64,000 nucleotides of DNA from Octopus sinensis (GCF_006345805.1 NC_043024.1:6262001-6326000), one strand, 5' to 3'. Shown: positions 38,381-51,794, counted from the first letter of the stretch. The notes: generated by a model from the sequence alone, not told the origin. Numbers and translations: made by a program.

Positions 38381-38914
38381 TAATAATAATAATAATAATA
38401 ATAGTAGGGAATATAATTCCAAACTTACATGGAAAAATTCAATTTAGCAATTCTAAATCACATTTCACAATATATAATATATGTATATAATTAAGAGAAA
38501 TAACCTCTATTAAGAAATTCCATAGTGATAGACATTATCTTTATTACATAGAAAAAAATTTAAATATACTGTATAATTAATATTATTCAAAAAATCACTA
38601 AATTAAATAAACATCAAATTGACTACATGCATAAAATCGTTACTATTAAAATTAATTCAATTTAAAAATATAGCCACTCTTCAGGTCTAAAATAATAATA
38701 AAATAAATGTATGTATCTTAACATACAATAATTAACAAATAAATATAGAAATATACGTATCTTAACAATAAATAATTGATTAAAATATAACAATATTAAT
38801 GAAAAATACAATCATAACTTATTTTATTGAAGAATTCCAGTTGAATAATATTAATTATATAGTATATTTAAATTTTTTCTATATAATATGGATAATGTCT
38901 TTCACTATTGAATT

Positions 38915-38986
38915 ATTTCTACAATAGCCTCTGGCTGACCAAAGCCTTGTGAGTGGATTTGGTAGATGGAAACTGAAAGAAGCCCG

Positions 38987-39030
<44 letters not shown>

Positions 39031-39265
39031 TATATGTATGTGTGTGTATATGCTTGTGTGTCTGTGTTTGTCCCCCCAACATCGCTTGACAACCGATGCT
39101 GGTGTGTTTATGTCCCCGTAACTTAGCAGTTCGGCAAAAGAGACCAATAGAATAAGTACTAGGCTTACAAAGAACAAGTCCTGGGGTCGATTTGCTTAAC
39201 TAAAGGCGGTGCTCCACCAGGGCCACAGTCAAATGACTGAAACAAGTAAAAGAGTAAAAGAGTAA
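38915..39265 (+). mobile_element. SINE family A lacking the head
   Basis: tacaatagcctctggctgaccaaagccttgtgagtgg... to the gtaaaagagtaaaagag tail. Confidence 0.85.
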
Positions 39266-39379
39266 AATAAAAAAATTCATACTCTTTTTACGCATATTAA
39301 ACATGATGAACAGAAATAAGAGTGAGCTTTTTAAAAAATTGTCTGATTTCACTGAAATTGTTAATCCTGGGACACCCTG

Positions 39380-39535
39380 TACTTATCATGTGCTGAGTTC
39401 AAATTCCACCAAGGCCAACTTTACCTTTCATTCTTTCAAGGTCAATAAAATAAGTACCAGTCAAACACTGGGGTCGATGTGACTGACTCCCCACCCCCAC
39501 TCTTCAAAATTTCAGACCCTGTGCCAAAATTAGAA
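39380..39535 (+). mobile_element. SINE family B fragment
   Basis: tgctgagttcaaattccaccaaggccaactttacctttcattctttcaaggtcaataaaataagtaccag. Confidence 0.7.
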
Positions 39536-41415
39536 AGAATTTTCAGCTATTAGTTAGCCATTTAATGAGTTAACTAATTGATTATTTGATTAATCCTTTA
39601 ATCAATCAATCAATCAGCTAGGTTTATCAAAGCCATTTCCTCACCATTTGCCTCCTCATCTATGACATCCCTTTCCCAAGTCTGCTTCAGGTCAATCTGG
39701 CTTGTCTCCTACATTACAGTTTGTTTCTCAATCACTCATTATTCTTTAACCCTTTAGCATTCAGATTAGTCTGTCAAACCTAATGCTTTTTTATCCAAAT
39801 TGTTTTGAGTAATTCATGTGTTATCCTATGGCTTTGAGCTTTAGATGATGTGATTGTTTATTTTCAGAATGTCAGCATTGGTTACATGTGAGAGGCTTGA
39901 TATGGCCAGTTTGAATGTAAAACAAGTAGAATATTTGGGCTGGATATGGCCAGTTTAAATGCTAAAGGATTAAGTCATCCATTTTCTTTAATAAATGCCT
40001 TTTAATTTGTCATCTATTAAAAAAAAAAATGGCTTATTCAATTTTAAGTCATTTAATCTCTTGCTATTGAAGCTTTCACACATTGTGCTAAATCTCGTTA
40101 CCATTTTATGTTTTGGTTGAATTTTTCAACAATTTTTTGTAGGTTTGCCATTTTGGTATAAGTCTTTGTAAATGGTTTTTAATGTCATTCATTTTGAAAG
40201 AGATTTATTACACTTTGCCTGGATTATCTGTAAGCTTGTTAACAAGTGTCAAAATTAAACAAAAGAAAAATGAAAATAATGAACCTCCATGGAAGATCTT
40301 GCTTTTCATACTTTTTTCTTTTTATGATTTTCTTCCAAACAATGCTGGGGCTAATGGAGCGTAAGGGACGAAGAAGGAAAAGAAGAGACCAACAAATTTA
40401 AAAGATATTGATTGACAGACAGATCATAGAAACAGAGGAAAACATGTTGGGGTTAGTGAATTTCGGAGAGAAACAGTTCAAGGAAAGCAGCTCTTAAAAT
40501 TAAAGAATCTGTGACTAACGAAAAGTTCAACAGAGAGATGAGGCAGCTGGGAAGAGAAGCAGATGACATGTTAAAAGATCTTGATGGAGGGTAATGAAAA
40601 ATATTCATTATGGCAATGGAGGACACAATGACTTCAAACACTAAAAAAGAAGAGGGTCCATCATGTTAACAACTTGATTCTAAATTTGATCAAATAAATC
40701 AAGACATTCAGAGAAGTCACCAGTCCAAAGATTACAGCAATATTCAATGCAAGGTTAAAGGGGCAAGCTGGAAGACCCGTTAAGACACCAGGCAAAATGC
40801 TGCTAAGCATGTCATCCCTGTCTTTATGCTTTGAGCTCAAATTCTGCTGAGGTTCACTTTGCCTTTTTTCCTTATGGGGCTCAATGAAATAAGGACCAGT
40901 AGAGCAGCACTGGGGTTGATGTAATTGACATATAACCAACTTACCCTCTGTGATTACTGACATAGTGACAAACTTCAAAACCAATTCTCAGTTCAAGTTC
41001 TTAGGCAGATGACCTGATTTAACTGTCTCCCCTGTGTCTTGTAGTCCTATAGCTTTGTTTTCTATTATAACATAGCATGGTTGATATACTTTGAAGCTTT
41101 GAAACCATTTCATTCATTTGGGGATGTCTCTAGTATCTAAAAAGCTGTAATATATTAACAAATAATCTACAATAATCAACCCAAGCTGTGCAGAAGTTAC
41201 TTTTCCCCTTTCTGCTGTTTCCTCTATTAACTTTAGAGCTGCTCTTTACTCCATGACATCGCTTTACAGCATTTCTTCTGCTCCTCAGGATCTTTGTTAT
41301 TGCTCTCCAGGGGCTGACAGTTATATTTTTGTTGTGGCTGTGTATTTCGTTCACAGATTTCAGTGAAGGCACCTATGGTCCCCTATTTTCATATATCACA
41401 ATCTTTTTATAAACC

Positions 41416-41450
<35 letters not shown>

Positions 41451-42224
41451 AACAAACTGAGGAAAAGAAATCCTTTAAAGGAGGGTGTTAAACATCCAAT
41501 TCACTCATACGTCAGTTGGATACCACATAAATAATTTCTTGGCCTTTTTACAGTTTTTATAATTATTTATATAATATTATATTATGTTATATATTATATT
41601 CATAGTAGTTAATGTAATATTGTAATATAATTAATTATTTTATTGTCAATAGAATATCTCTATATTTAATTTATCTTTATATATATATATATACATACAC
41701 ACACACACACACATACAGTATATATATATATATATATATACATGCTTTCGATGCAAATGGTTTTTATATATATCTATCTGTGTGTGTATGTGTGTGTGTG
41801 TGCAAATACTCACATACACATATATAAATATCAACCCAGAACAACGTGGCTGGTAAGCAAGCTACTTACCACACAGACACTCCTGTCAGTTTTTCTTAAA
41901 TTTGCCTGATTTCATTGAAATGGATAGTTAATTCTTGGACATCCAATATGCTAAGATTTCTGCCAACTTGCAGACTTTTCAATTGATTAATAATAATAAA
42001 AGAAGTGAAATGCAACCAGTGTGTGTGTGTTTATTGGCATTGTTACTCACCCAAGATAGAAAAAAAATTACTAAGAGAAAATTGTCCATAAATTCAGCTA
42101 AAGCATGGAAAGATAGTAATATGAGATTAACTAAAATGTGTGAAAGGTAGAGGACCAAGTTATGTAGGGCATTGCTGTACTTTAGAAGACCCACCCACCA
42201 CAACGGAATTGAGATGCCAAGTAA

Positions 42225-42390
42225 AAAGCACTGGTGCTGGGACAACTTAAAAAGCACCTGCTACACTCTGTGGAGTGGTTGGCATTAGGAAGCGCATCCA
42301 GTGGCCCCTGGCCTTACAAGTTCTAGTCAAGTTATTTGACCCCCATGCCAGCATGTAAAATGGACATTAAATGATGATGATGATGATGAT
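42225..42390 (+). mobile_element. RTE-type 3' end fragment with (GAT)n
   Basis: ggagtggttggcattaggaagcgcatccag...catgccagcatgtaaaatggacattaaatgatgatg. Confidence 0.75.
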
Positions 42391-42682
42391 GTGGCTTATG
42401 GAGAGATCACGTGGTTTAAAACAGAAGGCATGAAAGTAGATTCTGTTACTGAAATCAAGGAATTAAACCTCATCCACAAGTAAAAGTATAGTAATTGGAG
42501 ATAAAATTGATAAAATATAACACAAACAAATAAAATAAACCACCACATCTGAGCTAAATTAATGTTGTTTTATATACAAACACTGTTCTATAGCCATGAA
42601 AATATGGCTGTAACAATCTGGAAAAGATGAAGGTGGCAAACATGATAGTACAGTGGAAATTCAGATGAAAACTGTTGAAAAC

Positions 42683-42732
<50 letters not shown>

Positions 42733-42891
42733 AATAATAATAATTTGGATACCTGACAAATTGGCTAACATAAAGGAAATGCTTGCTTAAAAATGAAACA
42801 GATATCATGCACACTAATACATGCATATGTGTGTGTGTGTGTGTGTTGCGTGTGTGTCTGTGTATACACACACATTTACATGTACATATAC

Positions 42892-42925
<34 letters not shown>

Positions 42926-42944
42926 CATATCTATAAATGGCATG

Positions 42945-42978
<34 letters not shown>

Positions 42979-43499
42979 ATGATTGTAATTTATGCGCATC
43001 CACAAATTAACACGCATGTCGCTCAAATTTTAGGAGGACATTCATCAACATCCTATCTGGGTTTTGTCAACTTATTTTTTTCCTGAGGCATCCACGGATA
43101 GCGGTAAAAATCTATTTTCTGCCATAGCTTTTTGATGGCATCTAACAAAAAAAAAAGATAAAGAAAAGTGGAAGAGAAGCAGAGAGTTTCACGGGAAAGA
43201 CAAAGTGTGAGAGAGAGAGAGAGAGAAAGTGATGACGTTCATAAAAAGTAAAATGTAAAATGTTTTGTTTTTTCTTAAACACGAGATATAGTGTTCAAAT
43301 TCAGGATGTTTTTGAAAGACTATATTTTATAAAAAGAGTATATATACTTTCTCACACAACAATTACAATATATTTATTTTAAATCATTTATTTATATTAA
43401 ATTGTTCATCTTTCTCTCCCCACTCTCTGCCACACACATTACTTTGGATGTGAAAGAGTTTTATTTTTATTTTACACCAAGTAAAAAAGTGTTTTGTTG

Positions 43500-43690
43500 A
43501 GAGCATTGCTTGACAACCGATGCTGGTGTGTTTACGTTCCCATCACTTAGCGGTTCAGCAAAAGAGACTGATAGAATAAGTACTGGACTTACAAAGAATA
43601 AGTCCCGGGGTCGATTTGCTTGACTAAAGGTGGTGCTCCAGCATGGCCGCAGTCAAATGACTGAAACAAGTAAAAGAGTAAAAGAGTATG
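43500..43690 (+). mobile_element. SINE family A, 3' half
   Basis: cattgcttgacaaccgatgctggtg... tail. Confidence 0.85.
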
Positions 43691-43811
43691 TGTGTGTGTG
43701 TGTGTATGTATGTATATATATATATGAGCATCAAATAATACTTTAATTGTTCCACGTCCTCTCGTTGCTGTGTTTTTTTCTGTTTTTTCTGTGTTTTCTT
43801 GTTTGGATTAA

Positions 43812-43860
<49 letters not shown>

Positions 43861-44027
43861 AAAGGGCTTAGTAAAATAAATTACTTTGCCGCATACTGAA
43901 TCGTTAGAAATAGCAGCTAAAAAAACTATTTCTAACACTTAAAGAAAACCTCTCTCAATTAGTGTTTGCTCAATTCAACTCAAGAAAGTATGAGGGTAGA
44001 GACATTAAAAAATCAATGCAAGGTTTT

Positions 44028-44079
44028 TGAGTACGTACGTTTCAAGATTAGCAAAATCGACCCCTTTCTCATCAGCTCA
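44028..44079 (-). ncRNA. Type I hammerhead ribozyme, GUA cleavage site
   Basis: The minus strand reads UGAG-CUGAUGA-gaaaggggucgauuuugcuaaucuu-GAAA-CGUACG-UA-CUCA. Confidence 0.75.
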
Positions 44080-45073
44080 GAATGCCCTTGTTTGGAATTT
44101 TGAAAACACTGAAAATGGGAGCATACCCTTTCGGCTTGTTATCGCTTCTGAAGATCTGTTCCCACTAAACAGTGCCAACAAACTCAAATATGCAAGAGAA
44201 AAATTTCTGCTATCCCCTTTCCACAGCGTGGGTTAAAATCAGCAAACACTATGCTTTTTTCGGAAAATCGAGACAATTAAGTAGAGAGAGATGAATTATA
44301 ATTTCAACAATTGAGGGTAAAATTAATTATTAATTAATCAATTTCACCAAGTATTCAGTATGCAAAGGAACATTTAAGGCAAATCAAATTATTACATTAT
44401 ATAAAAGGGCTTAGTAAAATAAATTACTTTTGGCCGAATACTGAACTCGTTAGAAATAGCAGCTAAAAAAACTATTTCTAACACTTAAAGAAAACCTCTC
44501 TCATATAGTGTTTGCTCAATTCAACTCAAGAAAGTATGAGGGTAGAGACATTAAAAAATCAAATGCAAAGTTATTTGAGTACGTACGTTTCAAGATTAGC
44601 CAAAATCTACCCTCATACTTTCTTGAGTGAATTGAGCAAAACTATATGAGAGAGGTTTTTCTTAAGTGTTAGAAATAGTTTTTTTTAGCTGCTATTTCTA
44701 ACGAGTTCAGTATGCGGCAAGTAATTTATTTTACTAAGCCCTTTTATTATAATGTAATAATTTGAATTTGCCTTAAATGGTCCTTTGCATACTGAATACT
44801 TGGTGAAATTGATTAATTAATTAATTAATTTTACCCTCAATTGTTGAAATTATAATTCATCTCTCTCTACTTAATTGTCTCGGATTTTACCGAAAAAAGC
44901 ATAGTGTTTGCTGATTTTAACCCACGCTGGTGGAAAGGGGGGAGAGCAGAAATTTTTCTCTTGCATATTTGAGTTTGTTGGCACTGTTGTTGGAACAGAT
45001 CTTCAGAAGCGATAACAAGCCGAAGGGTATGCTCCCCATTTTCCAGTGTTTTCAAATTCAAACAAGGGCATTC

Positions 45074-45125
45074 TGAGCTGATGAGAGAAGGGCGATTTTG
45101 GCTAATCTTGAAACGTACGTACTCA
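45074..45125 (+). ncRNA. Type I hammerhead ribozyme, predicted cleavage after GUA (A45121)
   Basis: UGAG(45074-45077)-CUGAUGA(45078-45084)-stem II gaga...ucuu-GAAA(45110-45113)-CGUACG-UA-CUCA(45122-45125). Confidence 0.8.
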
Positions 45126-45399
45126 AATAACCTTTGCATTTGATTTTTTAATGTCTCTACCCTCATACTTCTTGAGTTGAATTGAGCAAACACTATATGA
45201 GAGAGTTTTTTCTTTAAGTGTTAGAAATAGTTTTTTTAGCTGCTATTTCTAACGAGTTCAGTATGCGGCAAAGTAATTTATTTTACTAAGCCCTTTTATA
45301 TAATGTAATAATTTGAATTTGCCTTAAATGGTCCCTTTGCATACTGAATACTTGGTGAAATTGATTAATTAATTAATTAATTTTACCCTCAATTGTTGA

Positions 45400-45436
<37 letters not shown>

Positions 45437-45445
45437 ATATATATT

Positions 45446-45476
<31 letters not shown>

Positions 45477-45495
45477 TATAATATATATATATTAT

Positions 45496-45562
<67 letters not shown>

Positions 45563-45639
45563 GTATGTATGTATATAATATATATATATATATTATATTA
45601 TATATATATAATATATATATATATATTATAATTTCTTCT

Positions 45640-46325
45640 TTTGCACTTTTTTTTACTTGTTGCAGTTCATTTGACTGCGGCCATGCTGGAGCACCACCTT
45701 TAGTCGAGCAAATCGACCCCAGAGCTTATTGTTCTAGCCTAGTACTTATTCTATCAGTCTGTTTTGCTGAACTGCAAGAACTGCAAAGTAAGGGGGACGT
45801 AAACACACCAGCATCGGTTGTCAAGTGATGTTGGGGGGACAAACACAGACACACAAACATACACACACAGACACATATATATATACATATATGACGGGCT
45901 TCTTCTAGTTTCCCTCTACCAAATCCACTCCCAAAGCTTTGGTCGGCCCGAGGCTATAGTGGAAGACACTTGCCCAAGTTGTCACACAGGGGAACTGAAC
46001 CCATGACCATGTGATTGGTAAGCATATATGTATATATGTATATATGAAAAGGCAATGACCGAGACCTTTGGTATTATGTCATGCTTGAGAAGAAGACCTA
46101 TCAAGCCAAGCAAAACTGCAGGCGTGGCAGATACCAGTGTAAAGCAGATTGGCACCTGTGCCAGTGGCACATAAAAGTTAGGAAGGGCATCCAGCCATAG
46201 AAGCCATGCCAAATCAGACCGGAGTTTGGTGCAGCCTTCCAGCTTGCCAGCCCTGGTCAAATTGTTCAACCCATGCCAGCGTAGACAACAGATGTTAAAT
46301 GATGATGATGATGATGATGATGATG
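45640..46325. mobile_element. SINE family A (-, 45640-46020) followed by an RTE-type 3' end (+, 46040-46325)
   Basis: Family diagnostic motifs; (GAT)n tail at about 46300-46325. Confidence 0.8.
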
Positions 46326-46395
46326 AGGGAACTGACTACGCAATGAAAATGTTAGCAACTACAAAACAAGCATGTGAGTGTGTGCTTCTGTATGC

Positions 46396-46459
<64 letters not shown>

Positions 46460-46955
46460 AGGCAAAACAAACTGCAAGAGCAACGAAGCAAACGAACATT
46501 AAAAATTGAAAATAATGATGATGATGATGATGATGATAATTATGAAACAAGAAATAACAACCCCTACAACTGGTAGCAAAAAAAAACCAAGAATAACTTA
46601 GGCAGGAAAAACAAGAAAAGGAAAGCACATTTACAAGAAAAATTGCAAAAACAAATGCATTGATATAAGTAAAACAAACAAATATTATTATTCATAAGGC
46701 TTCATAAGAGTTTCTGTATAGCTTGATAGAGTTACAACAGTACGGAGTATGTTATGCTGTATGCATATGTGTGTGTACATAGAGAGAGAGAAGGAGAGAG
46801 AGGGAGAGGGGAGAGGGGAGAGAGGGGAAGTGTAGGGGAGGCAGGTTAGATATAATATTACACAGGAATTGTATTCGTTTTGTGAGTGACTTGAACCAGA
46901 GACTGCACTGTGCAATTAATTACATGAGACAACAGTAAGTTTAACCATTTAAGAG

Positions 46956-46996
<41 letters not shown>

Positions 46997-47229
46997 GTGC
47001 TCACTTGCATAGCTTTGGATCTCCTGTTTTGAATTACAGAATTCGATTCTTTAAAAACAATCTTCTCTACACGTAGTTTTGCTTGCTAATCATGGAAATT
47101 CCATTGCTTTCCCAGCCCTGCCCCTTTTCAAGAAATTTCTTAAATAAAAGTTATGAAACTTTAAAGATTGAAATTGTTGCAATGGCAGAGATTTCCAACA
47201 TTCGGAGGCAAGAGGCGAGATGTGTGAAA

Positions 47230-47520
47230 TTTTACTTGTTTCAGTCATTTAACTGTGGCCATGCTGGAGCACTGCCTTCAGTCGAGCAAATCGACCCCAG
47301 TACTTATCCTTTGTAAGCCTAGTACTTATTCTATCGGTCTCTTTTGCTGAACTGCCAAGTTACAGGTACGTAAACACACCAGCATCGGTTGTCAAGCGAT
47401 ATTGGGGGACAAACACAGACACACACACACATATACGATGGGCTTCTTTCAGTTTCTGCCTACCAAATCCACTCACAAGGCTTTGGTCAGCCCAAGGCTA
47501 TAGTAGAAGACAGTTACCTA
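47230..47520 (-). mobile_element. SINE family A lacking the head
   Basis: Tail and body motifs. Confidence 0.85.
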
Positions 47521-47674
47521 TATATATATATACTGGAGTAAGCACATAAATGTGAAACAAGGTGGAAAAAAAGAGTACTCAAATACCAGAGGTAGAGTAA
47601 TATGCTTTATTTAAAAGCAGCAGAAATATATTTCTGCAGCTTTTAATTAAGTATATACATTATATATATATATT

Positions 47675-47723
<49 letters not shown>

Positions 47724-47815
47724 AATATATATGTTGACCCCGAAAGGGTAAAAGGCAAAGTCAATCTAGGTGCAGTTTGAACTCAGAACATTTTGCTTGG
47801 TACGCTAATGATTCG

Positions 47816-47915
47816 NNNNNNNNNNNNNNNNNNNNNNNNNNNNNNNNNNNNNNNNNNNNNNNNNNNNNNNNNNNNNNNNNNNNNNNNNNNNNNNNNNNNN
47901 NNNNNNNNNNNNNNN
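47816..47915. other. Scaffold gap (100 N)
   Basis: Run of N. Confidence 1.
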
Positions 47916-48529
47916 TACATAAAAGATGGGACATACGAAGTGACGCCCCTCATCAGCCCTCTATCTTGGATCTTCGCAGTTTCAACTCGTTTGCGATAGA
48001 ACCGTTATTTCTTGAGTGACTAACTCCTATCAGATATGGTTATTAGGGTCTGATACACTGCAGACGAAACTCGAAATAATACGAAAAATTTATTTTATAG
48101 TTTGTTATTGAAACAAAGATAACACAAGGTAACAGATCGTACAAACGAGTATATATACGCGTGAGTGTTTATATAGAAAGAGGGAGTGAGAATGAAGGAG
48201 AAAAGAAAGAGCGGGAATTGATGTCTAGGCATAAAAAATAAATCCAAGGTATCATGATTATATCATGTTACATTTACTGTTTATCGTAATGAAACAACTG
48301 TTGAACTATTTGGAAGCTTATGCTTCTCTACATTTAATCTCTCTCTCTCTCTCTCACACACACACTGTTTCGATGTCTCTCTCTGTATGTGCGTGTGTGT
48401 ATATATATGTATGTGCGTGCATGTAAATATGATGGAATCTCCTGTCGATGACGACGTACGCGTATGACTGCACAGCTTTTAGTAAACGACCTGCCCAATA
48501 GTGATCATCAAATGTATGTTTTTGTACAT

Positions 48530-48718
48530 TAGTTCACTCCCTCCATCAACTCGACGTTGTCTGTGCAGGTGCACAAGTGTGATACACGTCAGGTGTCGAA
48601 GAGATCGATGAGGAACGGGAAATGAAGCGCTTTGCTCAAGAACAGAACGCATGGCTCGGTCCGAGATCCGAACCCATGATCTAGCGATCGTAACTGCAAC
48701 GCCCTAACCACGCGCCTT
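48530..48718 (-). mobile_element. SINE family C-like, diverged
   Basis: The minus strand begins aaggcgcgtggttagggcgttgcagttacgatcgctagatcatgggttcggatctcggaccg...ttcttgagcaaagcgcttcatttc. Confidence 0.65.
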
Positions 48719-48734
48719 AACACATGCGCGCGCG

Positions 48735-48946
48735 CGAAGTGGCGTTGTTCCTGACTTTAAAGATATTGCAATAGGCCTGGCTGGAGGCCCATTCTTCCGA
48801 GTTTTTTTACAGGACATAGAAAAACTGAAGGACTGCTGCAATAAGTGTGTGAATCTGAGAGGGGAACATGTTGGATAAAACTATAATTAACTGAATCCCA
48901 TGTATTTCCTTTTATTCAAATCCAGGAACATTTCAACACACCCTCG
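48735..48946 (+). pseudogene. Mariner 3' end (transposase C-terminus and TIR)
   Basis: FLQDIEKLKDCCNKCVNLRGEHVG* (the KCVxxxGxYVE pattern), then ggaacatttcaacacaccctcg + TA. Confidence 0.75.
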
Positions 48947-49059
<113 letters not shown>

Positions 49060-49883
49060 TTTCAACAATTGAGGCAAAATTAATTAATTATTAATCAATT
49101 TCACCAAGTGTTCAGTATGCAAAGGGACCATTCAGGCGAATTCAAATTATTACATTATTAAAAGGCTTAGTAAAATAAATTACTTTGCCGCATACTGACT
49201 CATTAGAAATCAGCTAAAAAACTTTTTTAGGCTATTTCTAATACTTAAAGAAAATCTCTCTCATATATAGTGTTTGCTTATTCAACTCACAAAAGTTGGG
49301 GTAAGGACATCGAAAAATCAAATGCTGAGGTTATTCGAGAACGTACGTTTCAAGATTAGTCAAAACAACATTTCTCACATCGTCTCATAAATTCTTGGTT
49401 TGGATTTGGAAACACTGAAAATAAGAAACTACCCTTCTCGAAGATCTGCTCCCAACTAACAGTGCCAACAAATTCAAAATAAGCAAGCGAAGAATCTCTG
49501 TTCTCTCCCCTTTCCATTCCACCAGCGGTGGGTTAAAATCATCAAACACTATGCTTATTTCGGTAAAATCCGAAGCATTAATCAGAGGGAGATTAATTAT
49601 AATTTCAACAATTAAGGGCAAATTAATTAATTATTAATCATTTCACCAAGTGTTCAGTTATGCAAAGGGCCATTCAAGGCGAATTCAATTATTACATTAT
49701 ATAAAAGGGCTTAGTAAAATAAATTACTTTGCCGCATACTGAACTCATTAGAAATAGCAGCTAAAAAACTTTTTTAGGCTATTTCTAATACTTAAAGAAA
49801 ATCTCTCTCATATATAGTGTTTGCTTAATTCAACTCACAAAAGTTTGGGGTAAGGACATCGAAAAATCAATGCTAAGGTTATT

Positions 49884-49937
49884 CGAGAACGTACGTTTCA
49901 AGATTAGTCAAAACAAACCATTTCTATCATCGGCTCA
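49884..49937 (-). ncRNA. Variant hammerhead motif (CCGAUGA core, GUU site)
   Basis: The minus strand reads UGAG-CCGAUGA-uagaaaugguuuguuuugacuaaucuu-GAAA-CGUACG-UU-CUCG. Confidence 0.5.
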
Positions 49938-50398
49938 GAATTCCTTGGTTTGGATTTGGAAACACTGAAAATAAAACATACCCTTTCGAAGATCTGCTCC
50001 CAACTAACAGTGCCAACAATTCAAAATAAGCCGCGAAGAATCTCTGTTCTCCCCTTTCCCACCAGCGTGGGTTAAAATCATCAACACTATGCTTATTTCG
50101 TTAAAATCCGAAGCATTGAATGGTCCCTTTGCATACTGACACACTTGGTGAAATTGATTAATAATTAATTAATTTGGCCCTCAATTGTTGAAATTATAAT
50201 TAATCTCCCTCTGATTAATGCTTCGGATTTTACCGAAATAAGCATAGGGTTTGATGATTTTAACCCACGCTGGTGGAAAGGGGAGCCAGAGATTCTTCGC
50301 TGCTTATTTTGAATTTGTTGGCACTGTTATTTGGGAGGCAGATCTTCGAAAGGGTATGTTCTTATTTTCAGTGTTTCCGATCCAAACCAAGGAATTTC

Positions 50399-50448
50399 TG
50401 AGCCGATGATAGAAATGTTGTTTTGACTATTTGAAACGTACGTTCTCG
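50399..50448 (+). ncRNA. Variant hammerhead motif
   Basis: UGAG-CCGAUGA...GAAA(50433-50436)-CGUACG-UU-CUCG; the 3' side of stem II is altered. Confidence 0.45.
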
Positions 50449-50940
50449 AATAACCTTAGCATTTGATTTTTCGATGTCCTTACCTACCCACCAAACTTTT
50501 GTGAGTTGAATTAAGTCAAACACTATTATGAGAGAGATTTTCTTAAGTATTCGAAATAGCCTTAAAAAAGTTTTTTAGCTGCTATTTCTAATGAGTTCAG
50601 TAATGCGGCAAAGTAATTTATTTTACTAAGCCCTGTTATTAATGTAATAATTTGAATTCGCCTTGAATGGTCCCTTTGCATACTGAACACTTGGTGAAAT
50701 TGATTAATAATTAATAATTTTGCCCTCAATTGTTGAAATTATAATTAATCTCCCTCTGATTAATCTTCGGATTTTACCGAAATAAGCATAGTGTTTGATG
50801 ATTTTAACCCCGCTGGTGGAAAGGGGAGAACAGATTCTTCGCTTGCTTATTTTGAATTTGTTGGCACTGTTAGTTGGGAGCAGATCTTCGAAAGGGTATG
50901 TTCTTATTTTCAGTGTTTCCAATCCAAACCAAGGAATTTC

Positions 50941-50992
50941 TGAGCCGATGATAGAAATGTTGTTTTGACTAATCTTGAAACGTACGTTCTCG
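50941..50992 (+). ncRNA. Variant hammerhead motif (U4C, GUU site)
   Basis: UGAG-CCGAUGA(50945-50951)-stem II-GAAA(50977-50980)-CGUACG-UU-CUCG. Confidence 0.55.
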
Positions 50993-51481
50993 AATAACCT
51001 TAGCATTTGATTTTTCGATGTCCTTACCCCCAACTTTTGTGAGTTGAATTAAGCAAACACTATATATGAGAGATTTTCTTTAAGTATTAGAAATAGCCTT
51101 AAAAAAGTTTTTTAGCTGCTATTTCTAATGAGTTCAGTATGCGGCAAAGTAATTTATTTTACTAAGCCCTTTTATATAATGTAATAATTTGAATTCGCCT
51201 TGAATGGTCCCTTTGCATACTGAACACTTGGTGAAATTGATTAATAATTAATTAATTTTGCCCTCAATTGTTGAAATTATAATTAATCTCCCTCTGATTA
51301 ATGCTTCGGATTTTACCGAAATAAGCATAGTGTTTGATGATTTTAACCACGCTGGTGGAAAGGGGAGACAGAGATTCTTCGCTTGCTTATTTTGAATTTG
51401 TTGGCACTGTTAGTTGGGAGCAGATCTTCGAAAGGGTATGTTCTTATTTTCAGTGTTTCCAAATCCAAACCAAGGAATTTC

Positions 51482-51533
51482 TGAGCCGATGATAGAAATG
51501 TTGTTTTGACTAATCTTGAAACGTACGTTCTCG
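51482..51533 (+). ncRNA. Variant hammerhead motif (U4C, GUU site)
   Basis: Identical to the 50941 copy; GAAA at 51518-51521. Confidence 0.55.
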
Positions 51534-51794
51534 AATAACCTTAGCATTTGATTTTTCGATGTCCTTACCCCCAAACTTTTGTGAGTTGAATTAATTAACA
51601 AACACTATATATGAGAGAGATTTTCTTTAAGTATTAGAAATAGCCTTAAAAAAGTTTTTAGCTGCTATTTCTAATGAGTTCAGTATGCGGCAAAGTAATT
51701 TATTTTACTAAGCCCTTTTAATATAATATATAATATATATTATATATATATATCTATACTATATATATATATTATATATATATATGATATATAT

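Larger units (their letters stand above)
43857..45400. repeat. Tandem array 2: ~545-bp hammerhead-bearing unit, head-to-head inversion at about 44607, both ends in (TA)n
   Basis: aaagggcttagtaaaa at 43861 and 44404; reverse orientation from about 44608 (ttactaagcc at 44731 and 45283). Confidence 0.92.
49060..51720. repeat. Tandem array 3: ~542-bp unit of the same family, about 2 copies in reverse then about 3 forward (inversion at about 50116), both ends in (TA)n
   Basis: tgagccgatga at 50399, 50941 and 51482 (period 541-542); reverse copies at about 49335-49390 and 49884-49937. Confidence 0.93.

Noticed and set aside
40340-40615. Purine-rich, protein-looking stretch (…SRKAALKIKESVTNEKFNREMRQLGREADDMLKDLDG)
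   Set aside because: Stops occur in all frames, splice acceptors are not convincing and there is no recognisable motif; it may be an old retroelement remnant.
47777-48019. ORFs spanning the N run
   Set aside because: Artefacts of the scaffold gap.
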